From the NCBI GenBank assembly GCA_051294375.1, contig CM119269.1, positions 22,803,808-22,867,807 of the forward strand: a stretch of 64,000 nucleotides of DNA, read 5' to 3'. The stretch comes from Paraspadella gotoi (taxonomy: Eukaryota; Animalia; Chaetognatha). The notes below the pieces were generated by a model. The model did not search any database. It was not told the origin of the DNA and saw nothing but the letters and a program-made list of their open reading frames with translations. Position 1 is the stretch's first letter, and each line of letters starts with the position of its first letter. Position numbers and translations under genes: made by a program. This document shows positions 12,020 through 24,387 of this stretch, piece by piece.

Positions 12020-12980
12020 CTTTGATGGTCCCGTCGACCAAGTAAATTACGTCCCCCAACGCCCGCCGACCGAAGAGGAAAAAAACAATGCCAGTAACTA
12101 CGCCGCAACGCCTCCCAATTTCCGACGGCTGCCCACGACGAGGCTTCCACGGACGCCGCCCCTCGACATCTGCAACATCTCTCGAACTAAATCGAAAAAC
12201 TTTTTCAAATGTTTTACGACAATGAACGAAAGACTCGCCTCGCTCACGGACAGACCAAAATCCTCCATTCAGCAGACGCAAGCACGACTTTGCGTCAACG
12301 GAACTGCCTTTCCCCAGCAAGAAGACAATTGGCGCGACGATGCGCTTCCACAGGCGACGCCACCCGCCCCCGCCCTTCCTCAGAGCCCCACAGAAGAACG
12401 GAAACCCGAAGCTTACGACTTTCGACCCTGACCACATTGAAGAGTGGCTAACCACACCGCGGTGGAATTCGGCGCCACTGCGTCATCGACCGGCGGAGAG
12501 AAGAGCGCACATTTCTTCTGCGCAATTCCAATTCCCCGCCACCGCCTTATTCACAGCGCTTTGCGTATCGAACGAAGGCTCCCGACGCCACAAAAACCTG
12601 GCCGCCCATTTGAAAAATATTTATGAAGAAGATGCAAACCGACGCGCTGCAAAAGCTTTTGAAAATGACGTCATTGAAAGGCGTCACTCCCTCTCAGCAT
12701 TCCTCTCCACGATCGACGCCGTCCTCGATGCGCCTTACCATCGAGAACATCAAGGCCGCCATCTGGCTGCCGCCCCTCCCACAGGAGCGTAAGGAAACAC
12801 GCCGTTAGTAAAGACAAGAAGCCCGTTGATATCGCACCAAAAGACGCCGAATGATTTTTTCTTCCCATCCCGGCCAACCTTAGAAGCTCTGAACGTGGCC
12901 TCGACCTCATAAACGCCGTTACCTCTACGAAGTAGCAAGTTGACGAGTTACTGGAGTGGGAAAAACGAAATCGACAAACG
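12020..12980 (+). pseudogene. GC-rich, frameshifted coding-like island of unknown identity (possibly TE-derived)
   Basis: Consecutive overlapping ORFs with non-repetitive, protein-like composition (KLTTFDPDHIEEWL...). No family recognised. Confidence 0.25.
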
Positions 12981-15900
12981 AACGTCATTCTCTCTCTTTT
13001 NNNNNNNNNNNNNNNNNNNNNNNNNGGGTTTTTGTTTGGCGAGGTTGTTAAGAGTTTCATTGGCGGAGAAACGTTGTACATCCCCGTCGTCGTCGTCGTC
13101 GTCGTCGTCGTTTCACTGGGCAAAGAAATCTCCCTTTCTGTTGCGTCCTTCGCCGTCAGAGAGAGAGAGAGAGAGACAGAGTGAGAGAGAGACGCCGGTT
13201 TTAAGGTCGCCCGACTCTGGAAGACAATATCTCTCGGTCGCCTCGCTTAAGGGGACCGTCTCAGTTTTTAATTCATTTAACTTTTTACTTTCCCTTTACT
13301 TTATTTTCTTTGGATAAAAATTGTTAAATTTTTTTAAACTTAGAATTAAAAATTATTAAATTTATTATTATTTTTTATTATATAAAGTGGAGGACGGAAT
13401 CTTTAGAGATAAATAATTCGAGACAAAGTAAAATGAATGTGAATTTATTTTAGCGTAACATCGAAAGGAAAATGCGTGCGAGAATAAAATAACAATGACT
13501 TTTATATGAACTACTTTGTTTACCAAAGTAGGAATGTGAAAGGGAATGGAATTTTAGGCCGAGAAATATTATTAACATTTTTGTAATTCACAGAATTCTT
13601 TCTCACAAACTTCACTATAACTTATAAACTTATAACGTAAAAACTATGATTGTTAAAAAAAATATTTTCTTTTCATTATTTAACTCAACTTTCTCTTTTA
13701 CTAACTTTTTCCATACTCATTCTTTTTGTTACTTAACCTTATTTTCCCAATGCATCCTTTTTTATATTGCTGTTTGAAGTTATGGTTAGGTATTAGGTAT
13801 GTGATAAGGGTTAAGGATTAGGTTATTGATTCGGGTTAGTAATGAGGGTTAGCAAGAAATGTTTAGGGTTTGCAGTTAGTGTTTAAGATATATATATTAA
13901 ATATTCAGGTTTTTTTTAATACCTATTTTCCCTAATCCTTTATCTTTTTGGCTCTCTTTTGTAAGAATACTCTATTTCTGGTCATTTTCCTAGAATTTAT
14001 TTTTAACGTTAAATTTAATTTAAATAGGTTCTTAAACTTAAAAATCAATCCTTAACTCAAATCCCTAACTTTTATCCCTAACCCTAACCTAATCTTTAAA
14101 CTAAACTTTAAGCAATTATCCTTAACCTTTAACCCTAAATATTAATCCCTAACCAAAATTACAAACTAAATCCTTTACCTTAATCATTAACCTAATCCTT
14201 AACCTAATCTCTAACCATAACCTTTATCTTAATCTTAAACTAATAAAATTTATTCAATTAAGATTTTAAGATAAAATGGGGCGTTCTGGGAAAATAAAGC
14301 CATATTTTTTTTCATCCTTAAATCTTTTTACCCTTTCCCCACTGAACCTCCTTACCTCCTCCAGTCCTTTACCCCTTAACTTACCCAATTCCCGACATCA
14401 CCTTTTCTCCTCCCACTTTTTTTTCCTTCAACCTCTTTGACTCGAAGCTGAAGAAAGAAAATCGTCCAAGCGAGGGTCTCCTATCTTTCATTAGTTAAGT
14501 GGTTTTCAGAGAGGCACCTCTCTCTCTCTATCTCTCTCTGTCTTTCTTTCTTTTTTTCTTTCTCTCTCTATCTCCATCTCTTTCTGTCTCTCTCTCTCGC
14601 TTTCTCTATCTGTCTCTCTCGCTCTATTTCACTTTAAATTTCTCTCTATCTCTGTTTCTATTTTCTGTCTATTTCTGTCTACCTCTCTCTCTCTCTCTCT
14701 CTCTCTGTCTGAAAGATTAGTTTTGGCAACAGGGATTTTTCTCTCCCTTTTCGACTTCAAATCTAAGACCCTTGACACAAACTTTTCTCTAAATTAATTT
14801 CACTTTATTCTTTCTGTTTTACTGTTTGTGTATCTGTCTATCTTGATGTCTGTCTCCTTATAGCTATATTTATACAATAAATTATTTATATTAACATAGA
14901 TTATTTATTAAATGAATGGGTAATTATTATATTGGTTTTACCAATTTCATTAAATAACAATGTGTCGGAGATGTTGAGGATGACCGATTAAGCTTCACAA
15001 GATAATGAAGGTAGAGGAGATTTTAAAAAGGGCAATTATAGATAAATAACCATTTGATTGATTATTGCAATCTTCAGCTCAAAATTTGTTTTTGACTGAA
15101 CCGGTCAACCCAACCAGCAGCCAATAATTTACATCTGCAGCTGACAATCTTATTCCGCTACTATCTTCTAAAGCTCAAAAAGTATACCTAAAATCGATAA
15201 TTAGTATCTACAGCCTATAATCTGCAGTTGCAGCTTACAACTTGTAGTTGAAGCTTATATTCTTCCTGGGAAGATGGGTATCTAGCTAAAGGTAGGTTCT
15301 GTCTAGTCTCTCATCAGGGAAAAGAGTTAAGTAGGGTAAGTATGTAATGGTGATAGGAAAACAGGTATAACAAAGGGTATCAAGGGTACATAAAAGGGAG
15401 AGAAGGGAGAGGGAAGGTTTGCAGACCCCAAGACCGAGAGGAGAAGTTGTTGTGCCGATCTCCAAGACCCTGATCCTTGACTCCGGGGATGAGGAGGAGG
15501 GGACGACGAAGGGAGGAGGAGGAGGCGTTGAGAGAGGGGAGAGAAGACCCGGGGGGGCGAAAGGCCCTGGCAGTAGGGTAAGCTTCTATCCTGTCTTCAT
15601 ATGCAATCAATAATTTGTACCTATAGATGTGGATAGATCTCGGGTATTTCTGAGTAACATTTTTTTAATGTTTTAGATAAAAATAACCAGCAACATTGAG
15701 AGGTTTAAAAAGGTATAATAATCATAGCAGGAAACAGCACCTACAAAAAGCATGAAATCCAATATAAGGTTTTACTTGGGGAAATATGAATTGAAATACG
15801 ACGTCATCAAGATATTGGCCGAAGAGAAATAAAAGAGCAATGTTACAATTATTACATAATAGCAACGGGTAAGGCTCGCGCTACATAGATAAGAAACTGT

Positions 15901-15984
15901 ATTTGTTGCCAATTATTTGCACCTGCTGATAACTTGTGGAAAAAGTGCAACATCCGCTAATACCTGTCTCTGCAGCTGATCACT

Positions 15985-16160
15985 TATATCAGCAGCTTAA
16001 TAACTAAATCTGCAGCTTTTAACTTGTAACAGTAGCTGAATCACTAAATCTACAGCTTTTAACCTGTAACTGCAGCTGAATTATTAAATCTGCAGCTTTA
16101 AACATGTATTTACAGCTGAATAACTAAATCTTCCCCTTTAAACTTGTAACTGTAGCGGGT
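15985..16160. repeat. 39-bp tandem repeat (TAACTAAATCTGCAGCTTTTAACTTGTAACTGCAGCTGA)
   Basis: About 4 copies. Confidence 0.75.
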
Positions 16161-16781
16161 AATCTACTTCTGCAAACCTGCACTGAATTTTTTAACAAAA
16201 GTAAGTTGCGGCCGGAGGCTGAAACTAGTCTCTCTTTCGACCCTAATGGCATCTGTTTTGGTCTCTCTCTCTTTCTCTCTCACACTCTTTCTCAGTCTCC
16301 CACTCTCTCTTTCTTACTTTTTCTGTCTCTCTCGCCCTCCCTGCCCCAATCGTATCGGACATGTTTGAAAGAGCTAATGCAATTCGATTGAAAGACAGAG
16401 AGAGAGAGAGAGAGAGTGGGGAAAAAGAAAAAGAGACAGAGAGACAGAGCGTTGAGTCATGGATGGTAAGTTTTTCCCTGGTTTTTATTTCTTAATAACA
16501 AATGTATGAATCTTTATATTAAAACTTACTTTATTTATTTTTACTTTGTTTTTTTTATTTATGAACTTTCATCAAAATGTTTTAATGAAGTTATTTATTA
16601 TAAAATATTTTATATTTTGAAGATGATGAAAATCAAATTTTCTTCCTTTTAATACATGAAAAATAATATATAAATAATATTTAAATAAAAAATATTGTGA
16701 TATAAATCCTTTATTTTCGTTGTTTGGGACGATTAGAGACAGTTTGAGTTTAGTTTTGACAACGATTTTTATTTAATTCAA

Positions 16782-16824
16782 AACAGACATGTTTCGGCTT
16801 CATTTCAAGCGTTCATCAGCGTTA
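16782..16824 (-). ncRNA. Minimal type I hammerhead ribozyme (PLE-type)
   Basis: AACG-CUGAUGA-A-CGCUU gaaaug AAGCC-GAAAC AU GUC^UGUU. Palindromic ACAUGU helix III; one mismatch at the base of stem II. Confidence 0.85.
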
Positions 16825-17574
16825 GTGAACTTTGAAAATATTTTTGTGTAAAGGAAGAGAGAAAGAGAGATAAACAGAGAGAGAGAAAGGGCAAAGTTTC
16901 CAACACAGAGTTTAGAAAGGACAGTGGTCAATTGGTGAGGACAGGCTGAAGTTGAGAAAAGACAGAGTAAGTTGTGAAAAGAAGTGAAATGGTGAAAAGA
17001 GAGAGAGAGAGAAAAAAACAGTGCAAAATATTTACATTGTGTAATGTATAACAATAAGAAAAAAATTTAAACTGATGAATATTAGTGAAATATAACAATT
17101 AATCTACTTAATAATTAGTGAGAATGAAACAGGAAATTTGAAATTGAAAGGATAGATTTGAGAGATGAGTTAATAAGTAATAAAGTGAAATTAAAAAGTA
17201 AAGATAGAGCTCAAAATGAGCTGGCCCCCCTTGGCATGGGCAAATGAGAGGCATGATCGATGAGGCCGGGTCATTGGCATGTCATAGGCTGAGATGACAG
17301 TTGGATTGAGCTTTTCATGGATGCGTTAGGAAGAGTTCCCTGCGGGAAGAGCCCAAGTGCTATTCGCAATGTCTCTCTGGCCTGATACGCCTGCCGACTG
17401 CCCTCTTCTCGCCTGCTGGCGAGGCGGGCGGTTGTCATTCTTGCCGCTTTTGCGACAGGAGTGACGGACTCCCTCTCCCTCTCTGTAGCCGTCGTTTTGG
17501 GCGGCGCTCATTCCACAGAGGAAAGGACTGAGTTGCTACATTTGAGGAAGAGGCATCGTCTGTCCGTTGCCTGT

Positions 17575-17769
17575 TCAAGGTCTCCGCCTATTTCGTTGAG
17601 TGGAAATAGGGGAATCATTGTGCGGGCGTGGTGGTGGCGGGGCCTCCACCACGCTTTTGATAAGCGAATCATAGCTTGGAGGGAGGTCGAATCGTCCTCC
17701 ATCACGATTCAAAGAGGGCTCGAGGGCTTTGATGATATTTGCCTCTCTAATACCTCTTGAGAACCAGTT
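17575..17769 (-). pseudogene. C-terminus of a PLE GIY-YIG endonuclease
   Basis: NWFSRGIREANIIKALEPSLNRDGGRFDLPPSYDSLI fits the PLE motif RGIkEAi.I....PsLNRDgG..Lp..yd. Confidence 0.85.
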
Positions 17770-18227
17770 AATTACCGATAATGATCGTGGGCAGATCCGA
17801 CATTGTTTGCCCTCAAACTTGTTATTAGGCCATTGATCTGGGGACCTCGTGGTCAAATCTGTTGTTGTTGTTGTTGTTATTTTAAATCATTATTTTTCGT
17901 TACTTAATTTAAAGACATCGTTTAAGTAAAGCTTTAAAAAAAATTAAATGTTTCAAAACAAAACGTTCGTTATTATACGTCAGTGTTACTTTAAAATATT
18001 AATAAATATCTGTATTTGAACCCAATAAGAAGAAAATAAAAAACACAGTTCCCATCGGTTTTAATGCGACTACTCTTTTTCCGAAACCGTCAGTCGCGAC
18101 CTCTTGAAAGTAAAAAAATGGGTAATTTCAAAGGTCTCTCTTCGAAGTCCATTTCTGGCACTCTTTTCGCGAGAATCCCCCATTTATGTTAGTTTATGCC
18201 AAAATTTAATTTTAACTTATATTATTT

Positions 18228-18451
18228 CCTTTCTTTTTCGTTGTGTTTAATTAGTTAGAGAAAACAAGTTTGTTTGTTTGTAAACAAGATTTTATTCACA
18301 TTGGACATGTTTCGGCTCTTGCCTTAGCCTTCATCAGCGATTGTTTCAATAACAAATTTTTTCTTTAACATTGAGTTAGAGAAGAGGAGAGAGAGAGAGA
18401 GATGTGAATAAAAATAGTTGTTTACAAAAAACAAACTTTGTTTTCTCTAAC
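18228..18451 (-). mobile_element. HHR-containing mini-element with inverted arms and ~20-bp flanking direct repeats
   Basis: Arms 18250-18301 and 18402-18456 are inverted. Flanks taattttaactta(a)tatt(t)attt at 18207-18227 and 18452-18474. Confidence 0.65.
18300..18343 (-). ncRNA. Minimal hammerhead ribozyme, second sequence family
   Basis: CUGAUGA-A-GGCU aaggcaag AGCC-GAAAC AU GUC. Stem I imperfect. Confidence 0.75.
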
Positions 18452-20500
18452 TAATTTTAACTTAATATTTATTTAAATGTGTTGTTAAATTTAAAAACTA
18501 CTCTTTATCCTTAACCTTAACCTAAACTTAAATCTTAAACCCTTATTATTAATTTGATTAATTTATCCTTAACCTTAACCTAAACTTGAATCTTAAACCC
18601 TTATCATTAATTTTTAACCTGAATCACAAACTTTATCCCTAACCTATTTACTACGCCTAACCGTTAACCTAATTTTTAATTTAAAAAATTATTCTAATTT
18701 CAAATTCAAAATAAAATGAATGGGCCATTCTGGGAAAGTAAGGCCGTTCCAAATAGGTAAGTTGAAAAGTTTCGAAAGAGTTCGATGACAAATGATCAGA
18801 GATCACGTCTGAATTCAATTAAAAAACGAAATTTATAGACGGCGGTCCCGTTAAGACTTTGCGTGACGATTAAGTCCTCTGGCGTTATCGGGGCCTCTGC
18901 GGGTTAAGTGCTTTGAGCAGTGCTCAATGAGCAATCGGTATTTCTAGATTTTTTTGAAAGGACAATGTGGGATTTCCACGCTCTGCGGGGATGAAAACGC
19001 ACTGTGTGATCGATATTTTTAGCATTGTTTGAGTTAAAGTCTCTTTTGTTTAACAATTTTGGTTTTATACTCAATCCAGTTTAAATTTAAAACTGAGTTA
19101 AAAATATTTTTCTAAATTGCTCTGAAATGTGAAATATATATAAACGCGGAGAGAAATCATAGCAAGTTTATATGCATGTACTAAGTTGTATTAAGCTGAA
19201 AACCTTTTTTAGTATTTTAATTCAGTTGACCTTCACCTTCTTCAAGGTCACCGCCTCCCCATAAAAAGAACCCGTCGTTGCCAAAAAAACAAGTTTGAGC
19301 AAACAATGCCCACGATCATTAGCGGTAATTAATTAATTAATTTATCAATTAATTAATTAATTTGATCCGACATGTTTGTTTTTAAGTTTTTTCGTCACTG
19401 ACCACGACAAAAGCAATGTTAAAGTTAAAAAAAACAAACTATAAACCAGTTATCTCCTAACCTATCCTTAATTATTCATAGTACCCTGTTACTTAACTAA
19501 CACTGAAACAACAACAGCTGTTCTTTTTGATATCCTAGTCTCGAGTTGACTTACCTTACCTTACCTTCTTTTCCTCTTCCTTATCCTAATCAACTGCTCA
19601 ACTTCGATAAGAATTAGAACGTCGCTCGCTATTTAATTTCTGTACTCTGATCCGAAAATTATGACCCCTTTTTTGAATTGGTCGGGTTCCTCATGAAAAG
19701 GTTACGAAAAAAAAAGAGATAATTGATCCATATTTTTGCCCTTTATAAAATACATATATATGTATACATATTTTTTGAACGTTTTACAATCGTTTTCCAC
19801 GGATTCATATTTAGTAATTTTGTAAAACTGTTCCTATTTAAATGAAATTCAACAACTTTTAAACAGTTGATCGTCAGTCAGTCACACAAACGGGTTTGGG
19901 GGTTTAAAACCCGAAAGAAAAGAAACATTTAAGAAATAAGTCAAGAATCGATTCGCCTTGAAAAATATAAAACCTACTAGCAGATGGGGTTTTTACATTT
20001 TTTCTCCGAAAAGACTTTCTCTCTCTCTCTCTCTAATGAGAAAAAGACAAGCCAACAATACAAAGGCTATATAATAATATTTTTCAAAACTCACTGTTTG
20101 ATCGTTATTCTTTGAAAGTCAAGGACACAAAAAATCAAGATTTCTTTTTTTCGTCTTAAAAAAATAAATTAAGCAAAAATTTTAAACTCGATTTTTCGCC
20201 CCAACTTTTTTTTTTATTTGATTTTTCTCTCGTCAATTTTGTCGAATTTTTTAAATAATTCTCAAAAAGTCAAACGGCGGCATCTTTTTTTTAAAAATTC
20301 ACTTTTTCTTTTCTCTCTCTCTGAAGACTCTCTCTCTCTCTCACTCTCTCTCTATTCCACCCACTCTCTCTCCGTGTCTCTCCCCTAAATTCGTTTCCTC
20401 AGCTCCTTGCCCCAACTTCTCCCTATTTCTCTCTCTCCCTCTCTCTCTTCTCACTCTCTCTCCCTCACAATCTTTCTTCCCTCCCTCTCTCCTTCAAACC

Positions 20501-21163
20501 ATGTCCTCCCCCTTCTCCCCTTCTCTCCCTCTTCCTCCTGACGTCCCTCCTCCTCTTTTACTTCCTCCTCCTCTTCTTCCTCCACTCTCGCTTGACGCCG
20601 GACAACCAAACGACGCCGGTTCTCGACCACAAAGCGCGCTCCGGCGCCCTCAAACAAACTCCCATCCTTTGGACGAACTGTATCTCCACGAACGGGGATC
20701 TTTCCCGACGCCTGCGACAGGCGAGGACCTCCGTATCTGGGCAAAAGGCGTGGAATACCCATCTCTTTGCTAAAAGGTTTTCGTCTAGAGACAGGCGCGA
20801 TTTTCCATCCGTAGTCAAGAGCGGGTCTGCAGACAGACAGACAACTGACAGGCGCGAGTCACCATCTGTAGACAAACCAGCATCTCCATCTGCTGACAAG
20901 CAGTTGCTCCGTCCACCTCTTTACAGGCACGCTTTATCTGTAGACAGGCGGGCTTCAACTATCTATAGAAAGACCCGCCTTCGCACCATCTGTAGACAGG
21001 CCCGCCTCTCCATCTGTAGACAGGCCCGCCTCTCCACCCCCGTCGATAAACCCGCCCTCGACGAATGCTCCAAATCTCCGTTTCTATCTTAGAGAAAACG
21101 GAATTCCTTTGGTTGGATTACGGAACTTTGCTCGGGTCCTGGAGACATGGGGACATTTTGAAG
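20501..21163 (+). CDS. LicD-HtrL fusion gene exon 1: type II TM anchor, stem region, LicD motif I; contains apparent 1-bp frameshifts
   Basis: LLSLFLLTSLLLFYFLLLFFLH TM segment in the +1 frame of the ATG. WLDYGTLLGSWRHGDILK ends at donor AAG|GTGAC (21163, phase 0). Start uncertain. Confidence 0.6.
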
Positions 21164-21808
21164 GTGACATTTTGGGGAGAGGGAAGACAGGGGGGGGTTG
21201 GGGTAGAAGGAGGGATCGCCAGGGACCCCCCAAAAAGCCAAGGGTTTCCGGCGACCAGCCATTATTATAAAAAATTAATTAAAGAAACAATAAAAAAAAT
21301 TAAAAGGCTCGGTTAAGCATCGTTGTTGTTATCCTAGTATTAAGTCCATGCTTCACAGACTGATAAAAAGACGAAATTAATAATTCCTTAGTTTTTTTTT
21401 TCTAAATGAAATCAATTTAGGATTAATAATCCCTGTTTTTGTTAACTTTTTTGCCTACATCTTTTTGACCGCATTTGATAATTAACGTTAAAAAATGTTT
21501 TTGAGGCATAATACATTTTTTAGATGTTTAAATGAATGATTTTATCTTTTAAGGGCAGGGGGGTGCTTGCGTTAAAAAAATTGTGGATGCGTCCCTGGTT
21601 CTCGCTATTTCTCTAAAAGGAAATTCAAAATGGATGTTTTTAAAGTTTTACTATTTACTATTAAATCTCTAAACGTAAGGAAAAAAAAGGATCATAATAT
21701 AATGTTTTACTACTAGCGAGAATCATTTATGATCTTAATACATAAATCATTAAGTTTAAATCAAATCTTAAGTTAATTAACTTTCCTCTCTCCTCCTCTC
21801 AGTCTCAG

Positions 21809-21976
21809 ATCACGGACGATGTCGATCTAGGCGTCCGTCTCCATGACTACGCCAGCGTCCAACGTCTCTGGTTACGACATCTGCCGTCGGATCTTCGCCT
21901 TTGCTCTTTCGTCAGCGGCGTTCCGGGTCATCGCGTCGTGGACAGGGTCAACGTGACCACGACGCTGCGGATCAAG
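21809..21976 (+). CDS. LicD-HtrL gene exon 2 (DxD motif)
   Basis: Polypyrimidine tract CAG|ITDDVDLGV...RIK|GTAAGG, 168 nt, phase 0/0. Completes GDILKITDDVDLG, matching LicD GdiIpWDdDvDlG. Not in the ORF track. Confidence 0.85.
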
Positions 21977-22250
21977 GTAAGGAAATGATTTTTGGGCTTT
22001 TTTTCAGGGGGGGGCGGATTGGTCGGTGAGCTGGGGTCTTGGTTTAGGGTAGAGTATCAGTTCTAAGTTAATATATTTACTGACATATTCTAGCTTAATC
22101 TAATTAAACATTTTTTTAACTTTATGTATATGATTTTCTAATCTATCTAGTTTTTTAAATCATTTAATGACTTGGGTTAGCCAATTGCTGGATTGTATTT
22201 ATCTGATCACTTCCTATTTTGGCCAATCATCTTACCCTTACCTTTTACAG

Positions 22251-22466
22251 ATCGTCCCTACCTCCGCGAATCTCTTCTCTTCAGACGATTTTAAAACCTG
22301 CGCAACGCTGGGCCCCGCCCTAGACGTCTTTCCTTACTCGCGCTGCGCCGAAGACTTGCTGTGCCGCGCTGACATGGGCTTCATGCCCGCGTATCATGGG
22401 TGGGGAAGGAATTACGAGCCCGTGCCGGAGGAATGGATATTTCCTTTGGGCATGCATCGGTGGAAG
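22251..22466 (+). CDS. LicD-HtrL gene exon 3
   Basis: TTTTACAG|IVP...ALDVFPY...WIFPL..WK|GTAAGG, 216 nt. LicD DiFp and iFPl motifs. Confidence 0.85.
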
Positions 22467-22943
22467 GTAAGGAGAGAGCGAGGAAGAATTAAGGGGAGAG
22501 AGAGGGGGGGAAGGGAGGGAGAATTAAGGGGAGAGGGAGGGAGAGGGAAAGAGGGAGGAGAGAGAGGATAGGGGAGAATTAAGGGAGCAGGGAGAGAGAG
22601 GGAGAAGGAGAGAGAGGGAGGAAGAGAGAGAAAGGGAGAGAAAGAGAAAAGAAGGATATTAGGAGAGAGAGAGAACATGGATGAACGAGAGGACAGGACT
22701 AGAGGGAAGCCTAAAAAAGGGTAAGAATCACGAAAACGAGTTGAGAAAAACCGGAACTTAACTCGGCCTTTTCAATCGATAATTATTTTATTAAATTATT
22801 AAAATTAATAAGACCAAATATATTTTAAAGTTTATTAGAAGATATAAAGTTTATTAAAAGAATTAATTAAAATATGAGATTAAATTTAATATTATTAAGA
22901 TTAAAAATTATAAAAATTAAAAAAAATGTTTTTTTCCCCCTAG

Positions 22944-23781
22944 CCTTTCCCGTCCTTTTCTTCGGTTAACTTACCCGTCCCGGGTCGAACTCAAGACTAC
23001 CTCACCTTTCGCTACGGATGCCTGGGAGAGCCGGGCATCGCCTGTCGGCCTCACCCACGCCTGCCAAGATTCTGGCGAGGGATCGACCACAATTCGGCCG
23101 GCAACCCTTCCCGCCCCTTGACCCTGGTCACGGGCCTCTGGGACCTCAATTCTGACCACCGAATCCACGACCGCGACTTTAATCGAACCTTCGCTTCCTA
23201 CGAAGCGTGGTTTGCCCACAACCTGGCCGAGATCCGCCTGCCGGTTGTGGTCTTCGTGCCCACGAGGCGAATGGAGAAGGCGGTGCTGAGCCACAGGGGT
23301 TGTGGAGCGGAAGATTCCGGCGGCTCCTTTCGCGATTCCAGCGGCTCCATTCGCGATTCCAGCGGCTCCTTTCGCGATTCCAGCGGCTCCTTTCGCGATT
23401 CCAGCGGCTCCATTCGCGAGTCCAACAGCTCCTTCAGCCTCTGCAGCAACACCATCGTCTTTCGCGTTTCTTTAGACGCTCTCCTCTCCGCAACCCTCAA
23501 CCCGTGGACGCAGCCGCTCGTAGAACTCACCTCGCTGCTCCGTCGCGATACGCGGCTGCGACGGTCGCGCTACGCTCGACCCGAGCGACCTCACCTGGTC
23601 AGCGCGGCGCAGCAGTCTGTTTATTTGGGTAAGGTCAATTTGGTGAGGCGGGTGGCGGAGTTGAATCCGTTCGGGTCGGAATTCGTTGGTTGGATCGACG
23701 CTGGATACGCGCACGGGGAGCACGTGTGGGGAGGAGGAAGAGGAGGAGGAGGAGAAGGAGGAGAATCGCCTCCCAAAACAG
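22944..23781 (+). CDS. LicD-HtrL gene exon 4: LicD C-terminus fused in frame to an HtrL/YibB-like domain
   Basis: LPVPGRTQDYLTFRYG (LicD end), then TLVTGLWDL...RTFASYEAWF...KVNLVRRVAELNPFGSEFVGWIDAGY (HtrL-like). Donor CAG|GTTGGG, phase 1. Confidence 0.8.
23313..23432 (+). repeat. In-frame 21-bp coding minisatellite (GSF/IRDSS) x4-5
   Basis: GATTCCAGCGGCTCCTTTCGC tandem copies within exon 4. Confidence 0.9.
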
Positions 23782-24127
23782 GTTGGGAAGTTTTATACAT
23801 TAAATTGTTATTGTATTTATTAATTTTTTTTTAACCCTCCAATAGATTGAATTAAATTTACTGGCCATCGTATTTCAAAATTGTGTCTCACCACGTTTAT
23901 ATTATTATTATTTATTATTAATGTTCTAATTATGAATGTTGGTGGCGTTTCTTATAAAGAGTACAAAATTAATTAATACTTATCTAATTAAAACTTGACG
24001 AAATTGTTTGTTTTACCGTAATTTTAATACGTAAATTTTAAAATTAAATGATATTATCGCTCAAATCATCAGTTAATTTACTTCTAATTTGAATCATATC
24101 ATTCAATTTTATAATTTGACACCCTAG

Positions 24128-24387
24128 CCACCCCGGCCACCCCGGCCACCCTCGCCCGCATCCCTCTCCACCGCCTTCGCCAATTCACCCGCGGCGGACA
24201 AATCACGATGGGCGGCGCCTCGACCCTCGACGCGATAGTCCCGCCCCCTCCGGCACGGGTCTGCAGCCCCGAAGGCCTGGCCCAGACGTTCGAGGGTCAC
24301 TGGAAGATGTACACTCCCAATTTCATGTTGGCCGAGAGGGAAAAATGGGTGAACGTCGTTGGGCCAACGTTTTATCGGCATTTGGAG
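24128..24387 (+). CDS. LicD-HtrL gene exon 5
   Basis: CTAG| acceptor compatible with phase 1; GC-rich open frame to FYRHLE|GTTATA. Confidence 0.7.

Larger units (their letters stand above)
16709..17769 (-). mobile_element. 5'-truncated Penelope-like retroelement: GIY-YIG C-terminus, 3' region, HHR and tail
   Basis: GIY-YIG tail at 17575-17769 and an HHR at 16782-16824 on the same strand, ending in ACAACGAAAATAAGG. Confidence 0.75.

Noticed and set aside
13247-13260. TTAAGGGGACC, possible third Kolobok-like end
   Set aside because: Diverges after 7 bp and no matching partner TIR was found.
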